Shown piece by piece: positions 35,353 through 35,863 of a DNA stretch of 35,863 bases (position 1 is the stretch's first letter; each line of letters begins with the position of its first letter). The stretch covers positions 1 to 35,863 of IMG/VR virus record IMGVR_UViG_3300030372_005731. One strand, 5' to 3'. Source of the DNA: a virus. Lineage: Duplodnaviria; Caudoviricetes. The notes under the pieces are model-generated. The model was not told the origin of the DNA, made no database searches, and saw only the letters and a list, made by a program, of their open reading frames with translations. Position numbers and translations under genes: made by a program.

Positions 35353-35863
35353 TTAATGAAATAGTGATTCTCCCGGGGGTTGAGAGTTACCCTGGGTGCC
35401 TTCAGTTTCACTTTCAGTATTATCAGGGTAGTTTTTTTCAAAGTCATTAACAGTCATGTTTTTAAGCTTATTTGGGTCTATACCCATTAAAATTTCAACA
35501 CGCCTCATCTTGTACAGTATAGTGTTTTTATTATCGTCTATAGTCAAACCATAAAGCTTCATAAAAGCCTTCTTCTCGTGTTCCGGCATAGCAGCACCAG
35601 TGAGTCTACGACTAAGTAATTCAGTAATATTAGCAACATCGCCTGTGAATTCTTTTGCTTCATCACTTGCGAACTTACCACCAGTTTTAGCTAAGGCCTT
35701 TAATTTAAGGTCCCCCCAAAGCCCTTCGGTTTCATCGAGAAAAGACTTCACGCCTTTAACTGAATCCATAATCGATTTGTTTTGTCGTTCCAGATTTTGT
35801 TCAGCAACGCTTCTTGGTTTTTCGCCAAATGCTGGTATAAACCTTCGGCTAATTTCTCCATTA
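35353..35863 (-). CDS. 3' part of the junction-spanning 330-aa protein
   Basis: In frame with 612..1; RRLTGAAMPEHE motif. Confidence 0.8.
   Translation of the reverse strand, partial: NGEISRRFIPAFGEKPRSVAEQNLERQNKSIMDSVKGVKSFLDETEGLWGDLKLKALAKTGGKFASDEAKEFTGDVANITELLSRRLTGAAMPEHEKKAFMKLYGLTIDDNKNTILYKMRRVEILMGIDPNKLKNMTVNDFEKNYPDNTESETEGTQGNSQPPGESLFH
35734..35863. repeat. Terminal direct repeat, right copy
   Basis: 129/130 identical to 1-130. Confidence 0.97.

Noticed and set aside
1-35863. Stop-codon reassignment, diversity-generating retroelement, introns or inteins
   Set aside because: Core genes are intact in the standard code at normal length; no reverse transcriptase or template/variable repeat pair seen.

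Overview
The window is an apparently complete, circularly permuted genome of a temperate, AT-rich, podovirus-like tailed phage of about 35,733 bp. Bases 1-130 recur at 35734-35863 with one mismatch, and one gene runs in frame across the junction. The late arm (- strand, 19404 down through the junction to 32374) carries terS, small ORFs, terL, portal, a GroES-like co-chaperonin, scaffold, capsid-associated proteins, major capsid, a 781-aa Thr/Ser heptad fibre, a lectin-like protein, tail adaptor, a short tailspike-like protein, a P22 gp10-like hub, three putative ejection proteins, a holin candidate and an M15 endolysin. An accessory island (19661-23965) holds small unknown genes, an RHH protein, a DEDD exonuclease and two extra XRE regulators. 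The lysogeny module has attP with the 3' half of tRNA-Ala(UGC), a tyrosine integrase, a CI-like repressor, Cro and Xis. The early arm (+ strand) has a Cas4-like exonuclease, Sak4-like ATPase, SSB-like protein, DnaD-like protein, RuvC-like resolvase, FmdB-like zinc ribbons and DUF3310. The most unusual signals are non-coding: an attenuator-like leader before the portal gene, a terS leader hairpin with an anti-Shine-Dalgarno-like loop, paired C-box-like operators beside a controller-like HTH gene with no restriction-modification genes, and an OOP-like antisense RNA. All protein calls come from motif recognition and gene order, not database searches.
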